IMG/VR virus record: IMGVR_UViG_3300046001_003584
Reading direction: 5' to 3' (one strand)
Source of the DNA: an uncultured virus (IMG/VR IMGVR_UViG_3300046001_003584)
Lineage: Duplodnaviria > Heunggongvirae > Uroviricota > Caudoviricetes
DNA: 64,000 nucleotides
The translations under genes were made by a program, and so were the position numbers. The first letter of the stretch is position 1, and the number at the start of each line of letters is the position of its first letter. Under the pieces are notes generated by a model. That model was not told the origin of the DNA and searched no databases. It saw only the letters and a list, made by a program, of their open reading frames with translations. This document shows, one piece after another, positions 27,960 through 38,138 of this stretch.

Positions 27960-28889
27960 TTATGCTGCTTTAATTGATTTGACTTCGTTGCCGTCTTTGT
28001 CAACTAGTTTCAATCCCAGACTTTGTTGTCTTTCCATGAACATTGGTCCAACTGTGTTAATTAGATGTTCTTGATTTTCCTGACAGAACACATAACTACC
28101 TGAATGACGCAATAGAACACGCTTATCCACCCAAATCTTACCACCGATATCCCGCCAGTTTTCACAGAAAGTCCAATCTTCGCTATAGTAACGATTCTGA
28201 CGCACCGCAGTGTCAAAATATGTTTTCAAGTGTTGATCATACTTTGGATCTAATCCAATGTCATTCTTGTATTGCTTGACTGCTGGATGAGATTTCAATT
28301 TCTCAAATACATGTTTCTTCATTAGTAAGAAGCCAGTGCCTGCTTTAGATACTTCTTGTAATCCGTCTGTTCCTTCTTCAGCACCGTCAAATCCGTTAAC
28401 TACCCACTTGATAGGCATAGTCTTCATGGGATACAATCCACCGATAACATCTACATCCCGATTTAACAATACCAACAAATGCCATGGTTCCCAACCAATG
28501 TCAGCATCAACAAAGAATAAGTGTGTTGCGTCAGGCATGTCTAAGAACTTAGCAGTTAGTGTATTACGGGCACGACTGATTAGTGATTCGTTGACCATTG
28601 TTTCCAATGTCCAGTCAATGTTTAATTGACGGGCGGTGTTAGCCCACTTGATGAAACTCATAAATGTTGATTCAGTCAACATACCTCCATAGCAAGGCAT
28701 AGAAATATGCACTTTGGTTGTACGCAGAAAGTCTACATTAACTTGTACTTGTCCTGCAGCGGGTGCTTCAGCAGGAGCATCTGCTGCTTTTTCTGCTTGT
28801 TCCTCTGCTGCTTGTGCAGCAATTTCTTGTACCATTTCTACTGGTACTGATTTTTCTTCTGCTGCTTCTTTGGGTTTTCTTGTTGCCAT
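27960..28889 (-). CDS. GT-A fold glycosyltransferase-like protein
   Basis: ISMPCYGG, LISRARN, LFFVDADIGW (DxD), GTGFLL, SEDWTFC, LRHSG. Confidence 0.8.
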   Translation of the reverse strand: MATRKPKEAAEEKSVPVEMVQEIAAQAAEEQAEKAADAPAEAPAAGQVQVNVDFLRTTKVHISMPCYGGMLTESTFMSFIKWANTARQLNIDWTLETMVNESLISRARNTLTAKFLDMPDATHLFFVDADIGWEPWHLLVLLNRDVDVIGGLYPMKTMPIKWVVNGFDGAEEGTDGLQEVSKAGTGFLLMKKHVFEKLKSHPAVKQYKNDIGLDPKYDQHLKTYFDTAVRQNRYYSEDWTFCENWRDIGGKIWVDKRVLLRHSGSYVFCQENQEHLINTVGPMFMERQQSLGLKLVDKDGNEVKSIKAA

Positions 28890-28945
28890 AAGGTCCTCTT
28901 AAATGATGTAATTATTTACATCAGGCAGAGGGGTACGAAATATTT

Positions 28946-31900
28946 TTATTTTTCGTCTAGATAATCAAATTTAGGAGCTTGCGGACGACCATAATCTTGT
29001 TCACGTTTTTTCATCCGTTCTTGATCTCTTGCTGCTCTTAGTTTGGCAATAGGTGCACCTTTGATTAAGGCGTTTGCCATATGAGCCATCACCTCTTCTT
29101 CTTCTATAGGTTCAATGGTAGCACCCATCTCATCTAGATGTTGTTTTGCTTCTAACAATTGATTGTATATTTTAACTTTCTGAATAGGAGTAGCATACTC
29201 AAGCATTGGCTTAATCTTTTTAATATACTCTTTAATAGCTTGCGGTTGATTGTTTGAATATTTTGCAGTAGTATCCATTAAATGCTTTATCCACGCTACT
29301 CCTAGCTTTTGTGAATCAAATGCCTGCATCCAAACGTTTAATTTGTCTTGTTCACTTGCATTAGGATTTTTTAAGATATCACGCAATTGAGTAAAACTTA
29401 TTCCAGTTCCACCTTTTTCAGGATCACGCTCTGTACCAATTGTTTGAAATTCAACTTGATTTTGTGTCCCACCATACTTGGCTAATGCAACTGGATCTTT
29501 CATGCGCTTTTCTAAACTATTTAACCACGACTCTGTACTGTCTTTTCTATCCGCACCTACTACAACTATAATTTTATTGTATTTACTATTAGCCGGAAGA
29601 ACAAGTTCTTTTTCAATCTTCTTCATTGCAGTTCCGCCTGCATCCCAAACTTGAATGTTGTTTGCATATTGTGGATACAACTTCTGCAATGTTTTAACTT
29701 TGTCTGCTGGTGGAATAGGATCATCTGGACCAACAACTGGACTTACATATATGAATGGTACTCCACCCACTTGTTTTGCTATAGCAATTGTTTCATCAAT
29801 TAACTGTTCATGTCCTTTATGACCCACAAATGAACCATAAGTGATTACTGCGGTGGTTGTGCGATTTCCACCTTCAGTTGGCTTCTTGTTCATGGCTTGT
29901 TTGTCAGCCATCTTTTGCTGCATGTCAGGACTTGTTACTTTAGCAAGAGTACCGCTTGGCATATTAATAACAAGACCTTCAATCATATCACCAAGTTGAT
30001 CTTTCCCTGGTATAGGACTGTTAATAATCACCTTGCTTAATGCTTGTCTTGCAGCAGATAATATTGCTTTTGCTTTTTGTTTGTCAGGTGAATCCCCTCT
30101 CTGAGACACCGCATTCAATAATGCTGCTGAGTTCTTTACGATAGGATTAACAATTTTACTAACATCAATGCCTTTATGGCTCAATGTATTATTAATCATT
30201 TTGATATCAGGGGTGCTATCTTTAATTAATGCTTCTTTAATCTCATCAGCATCAGGACTTTGTTCACCCGTACTGTATTGCTTAACAGTAATTGGAACAA
30301 GAGTCATTACCTTACCTAATTTCTTAGGATCATATGGGATGTTAACAAACTTAAAACCACCACTATCTTGTTGTGCCATTGGATTGAATAACATTTCAGC
30401 ATTGACAATTGTATCAGGTGGAATATCTTTCATAAATTTAGCATTAACAATTATACTTAATACTTTATCATAATTTTGTGTTCTTGTCAGTTGCTCATCA
30501 GATTGACCTTGACTTCTTCCATACTTCTCAAAATCACCAATGTTGGCTTTAGTCATGGGAGTTTCAACTCTACTAGTCATAAAGAATGGTTCACCATTTT
30601 GTGTTCTGCCAAATCTTATGCCAGCACCATCTACTTTCAAGTTAATAGGAACATTTGCAAAATTGCCACCATCTTGTGCTATCTCTTTACAAAAATTGAT
30701 AAAATCTGCATCCTTCATCTCAGTAGATGAACCAGGATTGTATATATGTTGAATACCCTTACGCTTATAGCTAGGAACTGCTTCGGCTAATGTATTCTTT
30801 GCCATTGATTTTACAACATCGGCATCAGCTCCTGCTTTTTCTTCAGCACCAGCTGATGTATATTTGAATGATTTACGGTATGCAGCAAGTAGTTGGTCTA
30901 ATTCAGCGGACTTAGATAGTTTTAATGTGTCTAGTAAGGTGTTGATCGCTACCATTTTCTCTGCAATATCTTTATCAGGGTTATTTTTGTACATACCCTG
31001 TGCACCTGGCCCTATTGTCTTTTGCAAGAACCCCTGCATTACTTGTTCTTTTTCTTCAGGACTCATCAAAGAATTCATTACTTGTAATAAGCCAGTGAAT
31101 GACCAGAATTGTTTTTGCAATGCTTTTGCTTGTTTAGGATTTAATCGTTGGTCTAAAATCGTTGAAAAGATTTGTCCAATGTCTTGATTATATCCTGATG
31201 TAGGTGCTTCCCGCATTACAGGTAAACCTTTACTAACTAACGGTTTTCCATTATCATCTAATACCGGTTCATACTTTGCTCGTAGTCCGCCACCTTCTTT
31301 GCTAGATACTGCAAAAGAATACATGTTATCTGTGGTAGGAACATCTTGTTCTTGTCTTAATTTACCTCTACCAACCAATTTTCGTAATATGAAGTCTTTG
31401 CGAGTTAGTGCTGTAAATGCTTGTATCAACCATTTATGGAATACACCTTTAACTCCTGCTTGCAAATCCTCCCATGCGCTACTATGACTAAATCTAGCCC
31501 AATCAGTTGGATTGTCTTTTTCAAATTCTACAAATTCAAAATCAATCTGTACTTTAACAGGTGGGTCTTGCAATTCAAACAATCCAGAGAATTGTTCATT
31601 GCCTCTTTGAAATCCTAAAAATGTCGCAGCACCTATTTGTTTGTTAGTGTATGCTGTCAAGAATTGTTGTAAGTTAGGTTCTTTTGTTTTGTCAACCATG
31701 GTGTCAATATCACCAACAGTTGGTTTCTTTTCTGTAAATACCTCATCAGAGATACCCTTAACATTAAAGAAATGCAATGAACTTCCACTTAAGAACTTAC
31801 CACTTGTTAAGAGTTCATTACTCCATAATCCTTGCTTATACATTTTAAAATAAGCAGAATTAATTGCGTAAAGTAGTTCATTTAATTTAGGAACCATGTA

Positions 31901-32011
31901 ACTACGCTTAGTTACCTTTAAATCTAAATGCTGTGCTTCTTTTCCGTTAATAGATAGATTGCCACCTTCGTCTAGGTGTGTACGACCTTCAAGTAGGGCA
32001 CTGATTTTCAT
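28946..32011 (-). CDS. Tripartite protein: Pol-beta-like nucleotidyltransferase, ATP-dependent ligase-like domain, HIGH nucleotidyltransferase
   Basis: MKISALLE start; LSGSS...GDID; LKVDGAG...EGLV...AKV; GSFVGHKGHEQL...VVGADR. Confidence 0.65.
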   Translation of the reverse strand: MKISALLEGRTHLDEGGNLSINGKEAQHLDLKVTKRSYMVPKLNELLYAINSAYFKMYKQGLWSNELLTSGKFLSGSSLHFFNVKGISDEVFTEKKPTVGDIDTMVDKTKEPNLQQFLTAYTNKQIGAATFLGFQRGNEQFSGLFELQDPPVKVQIDFEFVEFEKDNPTDWARFSHSSAWEDLQAGVKGVFHKWLIQAFTALTRKDFILRKLVGRGKLRQEQDVPTTDNMYSFAVSSKEGGGLRAKYEPVLDDNGKPLVSKGLPVMREAPTSGYNQDIGQIFSTILDQRLNPKQAKALQKQFWSFTGLLQVMNSLMSPEEKEQVMQGFLQKTIGPGAQGMYKNNPDKDIAEKMVAINTLLDTLKLSKSAELDQLLAAYRKSFKYTSAGAEEKAGADADVVKSMAKNTLAEAVPSYKRKGIQHIYNPGSSTEMKDADFINFCKEIAQDGGNFANVPINLKVDGAGIRFGRTQNGEPFFMTSRVETPMTKANIGDFEKYGRSQGQSDEQLTRTQNYDKVLSIIVNAKFMKDIPPDTIVNAEMLFNPMAQQDSGGFKFVNIPYDPKKLGKVMTLVPITVKQYSTGEQSPDADEIKEALIKDSTPDIKMINNTLSHKGIDVSKIVNPIVKNSAALLNAVSQRGDSPDKQKAKAILSAARQALSKVIINSPIPGKDQLGDMIEGLVINMPSGTLAKVTSPDMQQKMADKQAMNKKPTEGGNRTTTAVITYGSFVGHKGHEQLIDETIAIAKQVGGVPFIYVSPVVGPDDPIPPADKVKTLQKLYPQYANNIQVWDAGGTAMKKIEKELVLPANSKYNKIIVVVGADRKDSTESWLNSLEKRMKDPVALAKYGGTQNQVEFQTIGTERDPEKGGTGISFTQLRDILKNPNASEQDKLNVWMQAFDSQKLGVAWIKHLMDTTAKYSNNQPQAIKEYIKKIKPMLEYATPIQKVKIYNQLLEAKQHLDEMGATIEPIEEEEVMAHMANALIKGAPIAKLRAARDQERMKKREQDYGRPQAPKFDYLDEK

Positions 32012-32541
32012 TATTTACCCGGTGGGTTATATGTTTGTTCGTATTCTACTTTAGCAATACGATAGTAGTTATCACCGTCTTTGACTAGGTAATCCCCTGG
32101 CTTTAATACCATTTGCTCACCCCATGACGCAGTAAATGTGATTGGTTGTTGACCAGTATACAATGCTACCATTCTAGGACCCTGTTCGGGCACAACAACT
32201 TCACCTAGTTTACCTTGATATAATTTAGGAAATTTTGCTGACTTAACAACATAATTTTCTCTGCTTGGGCCAGACATAATTATATCATTTGGTTCAGCAA
32301 CATTTTGTGTTTCTTTACCATCACTAGTAATAGTAACAACTGGCATTTGTTGTGTTGCTACAGTATATGTCATTGCTGGCATCTTACCTGGCATACCACC
32401 ATCTACATATTTGTATTGTTTTGGTTGCTTATGTGTAGGTAAGAATTCCATACCTGCTGCTATTTGTTGTATGTCAGCAGGGCCACCTTCTTGTGCCTCA
32501 TTTATCATATCAATATATTTTCTAAAAAGTGCTGTACTCAT
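32011..32541 (-). CDS. PGDYG-like protein
   Basis: ASWGEQMVLKPGDYLV...EYEQTY; duplicated half-domain. Confidence 0.6.
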   Translation of the reverse strand: MSTALFRKYIDMINEAQEGGPADIQQIAAGMEFLPTHKQPKQYKYVDGGMPGKMPAMTYTVATQQMPVVTITSDGKETQNVAEPNDIIMSGPSRENYVVKSAKFPKLYQGKLGEVVVPEQGPRMVALYTGQQPITFTASWGEQMVLKPGDYLVKDGDNYYRIAKVEYEQTYNPPGK

Positions 32542-32551
32542 TTTATTTCCT

Positions 32552-32911
32552 TTAATAACTTAGTTTAATGTACCCAACAATACCTTGTTGGAAGTCTGCT
32601 ACTTTTGCTCTCATGTAAACAAAGTTACCAGTAACATTAGTATATACATTGGCGTTTGGATTAGCACTTCCATCATACTCATATACATCAAACCATTGAT
32701 TGTCAACTGTCGCTGGATTTGCTAGTGTAGCTTGAATAACGATATTACCAATAATATTAGATACATTAAAGTTAACTGTTTGTAAATCTCTATTACCCAA
32801 GTAATACGCAGCAGCAGGTTGAGCATTCCCTACAACTGTGTAGGGTGCCCCGTTACCTGGATTTTGATAGGTAGTTTGCGGTAATAGAATAAGTGTGGTA
32901 GATTGACTCAT
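32552..32911 (-). CDS. Hypothetical beta-rich protein (probably virion-associated)
   Basis: IQATL...WFDV...TGNFVYMRA; in a late operon. Confidence 0.6.
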   Translation of the reverse strand: MSQSTTLILLPQTTYQNPGNGAPYTVVGNAQPAAAYYLGNRDLQTVNFNVSNIIGNIVIQATLANPATVDNQWFDVYEYDGSANPNANVYTNVTGNFVYMRAKVADFQQGIVGYIKLSY

Positions 32912-33078
32912 TATGCTTTTACCACTTCAACTACTACGCCTCTGCCTACAAGTTCCTGGGCAACTTGCTCCAATGCTTGCTGAACGTCAGCCCCAACGAT
33001 ATCAGCATTATCTGATTCGCCATCCTTAACAATTTTACTAAAGGTTATTACAACCGATTCTGTTACGATTTTTGCCAT
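32911..33078 (-). CDS. 55-aa hypothetical protein (not in ORF track)
   Basis: MAKIVTESVVITFSKIVKD...ALEQVAQELVGRGVVVEVVKA*; late promoter at 33100; TAATG coupling. Confidence 0.7.
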   Translation of the reverse strand: MAKIVTESVVITFSKIVKDGESDNADIVGADVQQALEQVAQELVGRGVVVEVVKA

Positions 33079-33099
33079 GAAAAATACCCCATTATAGAG

Positions 33100-33107
33100 T
33101 ATTTATC
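33100..33107 (-). promoter_or_regulatory. Late promoter GATAAATA
   Basis: Octamer match; flank GATAAATACTCTATAA shared with the 26567 site. Confidence 0.65.
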
Positions 33108-33110
33108 ATT

Positions 33111-33836
33111 TTAGATAGGTATTATACACTTCTCTAATTTATATCGTTTTCCAAGCATGTCACCATACATTAGCATCAAATAGCTTAGTGTACTTTCATT
33201 ATCGTAATCAATAGAATGACTACTATGGGTGTAATTATATCTCCACTTGAAGGGATTAAATAAGGAATACTCTTTTAACCAAGAGATTAACGATTTACTA
33301 GCAACTAAGTCTTGGTTTTTCTTAAGTGTAACAGCTAAATCGTTGATAAAGTTTTTATCCTTAATATGAGCAGATTTTAGATAAATTCTGTACTTATGCT
33401 TTGGCTCATTAACATAGTATTTTATACCTGAAAATTCCTCCACCTGTGCTTCAGTGATTTTAATATCATTACAAACTTCTTTCAATGTTAGTAACAACTC
33501 TAAATCATTACTAAAGATTGCGGCACTATCCTGCTCAATTCTACTGGTCATCTCACCCGTCTTTTTGCGAGTTTTGTGAGTATTACGCCAATCAACAAAT
33601 GCACAAAGTCTTTGTAAATTTGGCATAATCTCGGATTTCCTATTGGCGTGAATACGTCTATATCCGATTGCATTCACTCTATTCACCAATTCTTCTGGAG
33701 TTTTAATATAATAAGTAAAATTCAACCCCGGGATATTTAGTTTAGCACGATATCTATATTTGTTATAAAACTTACTATCCCGATATTCATAATAATCAAT
33801 ATCGGGAATGTCTTTAATTGATCTTATCAAGCCCAT
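33111..33836 (-). CDS. Hypothetical protein
   Basis: 241-aa ORF downstream of clpA. Confidence 0.7.
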   Translation of the reverse strand: MGLIRSIKDIPDIDYYEYRDSKFYNKYRYRAKLNIPGLNFTYYIKTPEELVNRVNAIGYRRIHANRKSEIMPNLQRLCAFVDWRNTHKTRKKTGEMTSRIEQDSAAIFSNDLELLLTLKEVCNDIKITEAQVEEFSGIKYYVNEPKHKYRIYLKSAHIKDKNFINDLAVTLKKNQDLVASKSLISWLKEYSLFNPFKWRYNYTHSSHSIDYDNESTLSYLMLMYGDMLGKRYKLEKCIIPI

Positions 33837-33844
33837 TATGTTCC

Positions 33845-36106
33845 TTAGTTAACAATAATTAATCCATTGTCATCAACCATTGCTGTTAGTTTGTGTGTTA
33901 CTACAAAATCAATTGCTCCGGCTGACATTACAACATTGATTGTTGCAGATTTAATGCGCTCAAACAAGACTTTCTTACTTAGAGGTACCCGAATCAATTC
34001 ATCAATCTTACGACTTAATGGTCGTGCGCCCATTTTCTTATCATATCCTTGCTCTGCTAAGTATTCTACCACTGGCTCACTTAGATTCATTACAATTTCA
34101 TGTTTGTCTAACAAACTCTTTTTCAAGTCATCGGTAAACTTGATAACAATCTTCTTAATAGCAAGTGTATCCAACTTGTTAAACTTGCAAATCAAATCAA
34201 CACGATTACGGAACTCAGGCTTGAAGAATTCTTTCAATGCTTTGTCATCTTCACCGGTCTTTTCTTGTGTGCCAAATCCAATGTTGTTGCGTTCGCTATC
34301 ACTAGAACCCAAGTTACTAGTCATAATGATAATACTGTTTTTACAGTTAACTTGCTTGCCATTACTACCGGTAAGATGCCCTTCATCTAACATCTGTAGA
34401 AAGATATTAAAGATTTCTGGATGTGCTTTTTCAACCTCATCAAATAGCATAATACTATGTGGGTTCTTGCTCAAGTCATTAATCAATCTACCACCCGACA
34501 CTTGACTATCACCGAATCCAACATAGCCCGGAGGAGGTCCAATCAAACTTGAAACACTATGCTTCTCTGAATACTCACTCATGTCATACTTAAGTAGCGG
34601 CATATCCAAGTTCTTGCTAAGTAGTTTGGCAAATTCTGTTTTACCAGTTCCAGTAGGGCCTAAGAATAAGAAACTACCTGTTGGTTTACTATCATTACCA
34701 ATACCAGCAAAGTTAACATAAATTCGTTCAAGTACTTTTTGTACAGTTTCATCTTGACCATATAGTTTGTCCTTGATATTTGATTCTAAATTATGAATCA
34801 AATCAAAGTTGTCACCCTTCATCTTGTCAGCAGGGACTCCGGTGAATCGTTCAACTTGATCAAATACAAGGTCTTTGGTAATGATTGCCCCTTTGTTCTC
34901 TGCTACTCGTTGTTTAGCGCAAGCAGCATCAAGTAAATCAATAGATTTGTCTGGGTTCTTTCGGTCATGAATATACCGATCAGCACTTTCAACTGCTGCT
35001 TTGATTGCCTCATCTGTAATTTCAACATTGTGAAAATCATTAAGTCTAGCACTTAATCCATTCAATATACGAATAGTTGTGTCGTGATTAGGTTCATCAA
35101 CTGACACACGATAGAATCTACGCATCAATGCACGGTCCTTTTCAAAACTTTCGTAGTATTCTTCCCAAGTTGTGCTAGCAATAACTTTAAGAGTACCTTT
35201 AGTAATTGCGGGTTTAATCATGTTACTGAAGTCCACTGAACCAGTAGATGAACCCCCTGAACCCTGCATAGTATGTGCCTCGTCAATGAAAAGGATAGTC
35301 TTTTTCTTTGTGTTTAACGCATCCAGTACTGCTTTGACTTTTTCTTCAAAGTCCCCGCGATATTTACTTCCTGCAAGCAATGAGCCAATCTCCAAGCTAT
35401 ATATTTGATGATCATGCAAGAATTCAGGTACTTCTTTGTTGATCATCATCTGTGCTAGACCTTCGGCGATTGCTGTTTTACCAACCCCAGGGTCACCTAC
35501 CATCAATACATTACTCTTGAATCGTTTAGCAAGTACATTAATGATATCGTCAAGTTCTTTGCCGCGACCAATCATTGGTTCAAGTTTACCTTGTGCCGCT
35601 AATTGTGTTAAGTTGATGGTATATTCTTCTAGAATTTCGTCGGCTTGATTCTCGGTGAGATTACCCACTTCGTTGTGCTTATAATTTTTCTGCCAATGTG
35701 CTACAAATTCATTTTTGTTGATTCCGTATTTCAACAAGAAATAATGAGCATGACTATTCCCTTCTGCCGCAATGCTAAGATACAAGTCAATAGTTGTTAC
35801 TTGCCTACGACCGGTGAATAACACTTGTGTTACAGAACGATTCATAACTCGTTCTAAACTATTTGTTTTACGAGGTACTACTTCATCCTCTTTGCTTACA
35901 ATGGCATGTAAACTGTCTAAGTATGCCTTAATCTCTTGATCCATTGTTTCAATATCTGCACCAAAACTATGCAAGCATTTTTTGAATGCACTGTGATTTA
36001 TCAAACCAAGAAGTAAATGTTCTACGGTTACATATTGATGTTTTCTTTCTTTAGCATGATGAATCGCTTGTTCAATAATGCTATCAATTTCGGGTGAATG
36101 GTTCAT
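33845..36106 (-). CDS. clpA: Clp protease ATP-binding subunit ClpA
   Basis: Clp N domain (VTVEHLLL), GDPGVGKT, GSKYRGDFEE, FIDEAH, GPTGTGKT, DMSEYSEKH, GARPL. Confidence 0.95.
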   Translation of the reverse strand: MNHSPEIDSIIEQAIHHAKERKHQYVTVEHLLLGLINHSAFKKCLHSFGADIETMDQEIKAYLDSLHAIVSKEDEVVPRKTNSLERVMNRSVTQVLFTGRRQVTTIDLYLSIAAEGNSHAHYFLLKYGINKNEFVAHWQKNYKHNEVGNLTENQADEILEEYTINLTQLAAQGKLEPMIGRGKELDDIINVLAKRFKSNVLMVGDPGVGKTAIAEGLAQMMINKEVPEFLHDHQIYSLEIGSLLAGSKYRGDFEEKVKAVLDALNTKKKTILFIDEAHTMQGSGGSSTGSVDFSNMIKPAITKGTLKVIASTTWEEYYESFEKDRALMRRFYRVSVDEPNHDTTIRILNGLSARLNDFHNVEITDEAIKAAVESADRYIHDRKNPDKSIDLLDAACAKQRVAENKGAIITKDLVFDQVERFTGVPADKMKGDNFDLIHNLESNIKDKLYGQDETVQKVLERIYVNFAGIGNDSKPTGSFLFLGPTGTGKTEFAKLLSKNLDMPLLKYDMSEYSEKHSVSSLIGPPPGYVGFGDSQVSGGRLINDLSKNPHSIMLFDEVEKAHPEIFNIFLQMLDEGHLTGSNGKQVNCKNSIIIMTSNLGSSDSERNNIGFGTQEKTGEDDKALKEFFKPEFRNRVDLICKFNKLDTLAIKKIVIKFTDDLKKSLLDKHEIVMNLSEPVVEYLAEQGYDKKMGARPLSRKIDELIRVPLSKKVLFERIKSATINVVMSAGAIDFVVTHKLTAMVDDNGLIIVN

Positions 36107-36918
36107 GCTTGATTCCTTTGTTGTTTATAAGCCGTAATGCTATTGATAACTTGTTCTCCTATTATATCAGGGATGAATGCTTTTAACAATATAATTTGGT
36201 CACCGTAGCTAGTAGCATTTAGTATAGGCATGCCTTGTCCCGCTAATTTTAATTGAATATAGGGTTGAGTTTTAGGTTTAATTGTTACATCCAGCGTTTT
36301 TCCTGATAGAGTAACAAATTCAAAACTTGTGCCAATAATCAAATCTAACACGGAAATTGGATGGTTGCAAATTAAATCATTACCTTGTCTATCATATTTG
36401 AGATGGGGTTCAACCCGAAAATCTACTATTAAACTAGCACCATCTATGACTTTATCTATACGCATTTGATTATCATTTTGAATCCCTTTAGGAATCTGAA
36501 TGGTTATGGCATGTACATTCGTGGGTGTTTGTAGTTTTAATATTTGTTCACCGCCGTTATATGCTTGTTCTAATGATATATTTATTGTTGTTCTAAATAA
36601 TTGTTGTTGAGGTTGTTGTTGTCTACGTTGTTGACTGAATATGTCAAAAGGATTATTTTGACCAAACATTTGACCAAATATATGTTCAAACCCTGGGGGT
36701 ATTCCACCTTGCTGCGGAAATCCTTGTGGCATGGGATTATCATATTGCTGGCGTTTATTTGCATCACTTAATGTTTCATACGCAGCTTGTGTTTCCTGAA
36801 ATTTGACTTTATCCCCTCCCTTATCGGGATGATGCTGACTAGCCAATCTTCGCCAGGCCCCTTTGATATCCTCTTGTGAGGCGGTTTTAGTAACACCTAA
36901 AATTTCATAATAATCCAT
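36103..36918 (-). CDS. dnaJ: DnaJ / CbpA-like co-chaperone (no zinc finger)
   Basis: DYYEILGV, HHPDKGG, C-terminal GQGMP...GDQII. Confidence 0.92.
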   Translation of the reverse strand: MDYYEILGVTKTASQEDIKGAWRRLASQHHPDKGGDKVKFQETQAAYETLSDANKRQQYDNPMPQGFPQQGGIPPGFEHIFGQMFGQNNPFDIFSQQRRQQQPQQQLFRTTINISLEQAYNGGEQILKLQTPTNVHAITIQIPKGIQNDNQMRIDKVIDGASLIVDFRVEPHLKYDRQGNDLICNHPISVLDLIIGTSFEFVTLSGKTLDVTIKPKTQPYIQLKLAGQGMPILNATSYGDQIILLKAFIPDIIGEQVINSITAYKQQRNQA

Positions 36919-36924
36919 CTTATT

Positions 36925-36953
36925 ATTGTAGCAAAATAATCTGCTATTGTCAA
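36925..36953 (-). promoter_or_regulatory. Sigma70-type promoter; probably leaderless dnaJ-clpA mRNA
   Basis: TTGACA-17 bp-TACAAT with extended TG; -10 ends 6 nt before the ATG. Confidence 0.75.
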
Positions 36954-36959
36954 TAGTAG

Positions 36960-37583
36960 TTAGGCTTTATTTTCTAGTTTTTCTTTAGTTCTGCCGTATG
37001 CGGCCACACCCAATACAGCACCCATAGCGATATGGTAAAGACCAGCACCTTGCAGTGTTAGAGGTTGCCATTGCATAGTGACGCTACCTTTGCTCATTGC
37101 TTGTAATAAACTCCATAATATAGGGAATATAACAAAGTCACATGTACAAGTAAGCATATAAACAAATGCCATTAGTGGTCGCCATTTTTTATTTATGAAA
37201 TCGTCGTTGGTGTTCTTAATTAAGATACTGGCATCTTGGGCAGCATTTACTCCGGCACCTGTTAATACGGGTTGATTACCCAGACTTACATTCATGTTAC
37301 TTGATCCGATTGATCCCATGTTGCTTGTTGATGCTGGCGAACCGTTGCCCACGGCTGCTGGTGCACCAAACGAACCGGGTAACCCGAATCCTCCTGACGA
37401 AGGTGTGCTAAATGCTGAAGTACTGCTTGCTGATAAGGTTGTGTTTGGTGTTGTTGTGCCATAACTACTTTCTTGTGGAAATTGAGGTATAGTTGGATCT
37501 GCTGCTAGTTGAGTATGCTGGTCATCACTTTTTGCTATTGGGGTATCAGTTGTTGCTTTCTTTGCTAATATTGTTGTTGCCAT
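36960..37583 (-). CDS. Holin-like membrane protein (GTA/3TM holin type) with low-complexity N-terminus
   Basis: KKWRPLMAFVY, two TM segments, GAVLGVAAYGRTKEK. Confidence 0.7.
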   Translation of the reverse strand: MATTILAKKATTDTPIAKSDDQHTQLAADPTIPQFPQESSYGTTTPNTTLSASSTSAFSTPSSGGFGLPGSFGAPAAVGNGSPASTSNMGSIGSSNMNVSLGNQPVLTGAGVNAAQDASILIKNTNDDFINKKWRPLMAFVYMLTCTCDFVIFPILWSLLQAMSKGSVTMQWQPLTLQGAGLYHIAMGAVLGVAAYGRTKEKLENKA

Positions 37584-37584
37584 T

Positions 37585-38130
37585 TTATAAACCTGCCATT
37601 GATATAAATGCTTTTAATTCACTATCCGGTTCACCGTGTAAATTTACTGTGTCTAATCCTGCACGATGACGCATTTCATTTAATTCTTTTTCATCTTCGT
37701 TTTCTTCACGATATTCATGTGGGCTGATAGGTATCAATTCTTTCAATATTTCTGTATCTGCCGAGTAATCTTTTTCATCAATAGTCACCTCCCATTCATC
37801 CACTGTCATTCCTGTAAGTGTTTCTAAATCATCAAGCAATTCTACAACTCGTTCCGGTATTTTTGTTCTGCGTTTCATTTCAACAAATACTAAATATCTA
37901 CCAGGGCTTAATTCACCATCACTCAAGCTGGCATCAAGTATCCAGTCATATCCTCGCTCAAACCAATCAACTAAATCATTACCTGCTGCTTCGCTCTTGA
38001 CAATAAATGCAAGTGTAACAATATCACTATCCTTGCCCATCTTGGCAGAATATTCATCAATGGATACATTTGGTTCAATTTGATGTTCCATATCCATATA
38101 ATCTAAACCTTCATTAATGATTCTTGTCAT
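37585..38130 (-). CDS. Hypothetical protein (MTRIINE start)
   Basis: Acidic 181 aa in a late operon. Confidence 0.7.
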   Translation of the reverse strand: MTRIINEGLDYMDMEHQIEPNVSIDEYSAKMGKDSDIVTLAFIVKSEAAGNDLVDWFERGYDWILDASLSDGELSPGRYLVFVEMKRRTKIPERVVELLDDLETLTGMTVDEWEVTIDEKDYSADTEILKELIPISPHEYREENEDEKELNEMRHRAGLDTVNLHGEPDSELKAFISMAGL

Positions 38131-38138
38131 ATTACACC

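Noticed and set aside
33867..34505. 212-aa plus-strand ORF
   Set aside because: Antisense shadow of clpA with no independent motifs.
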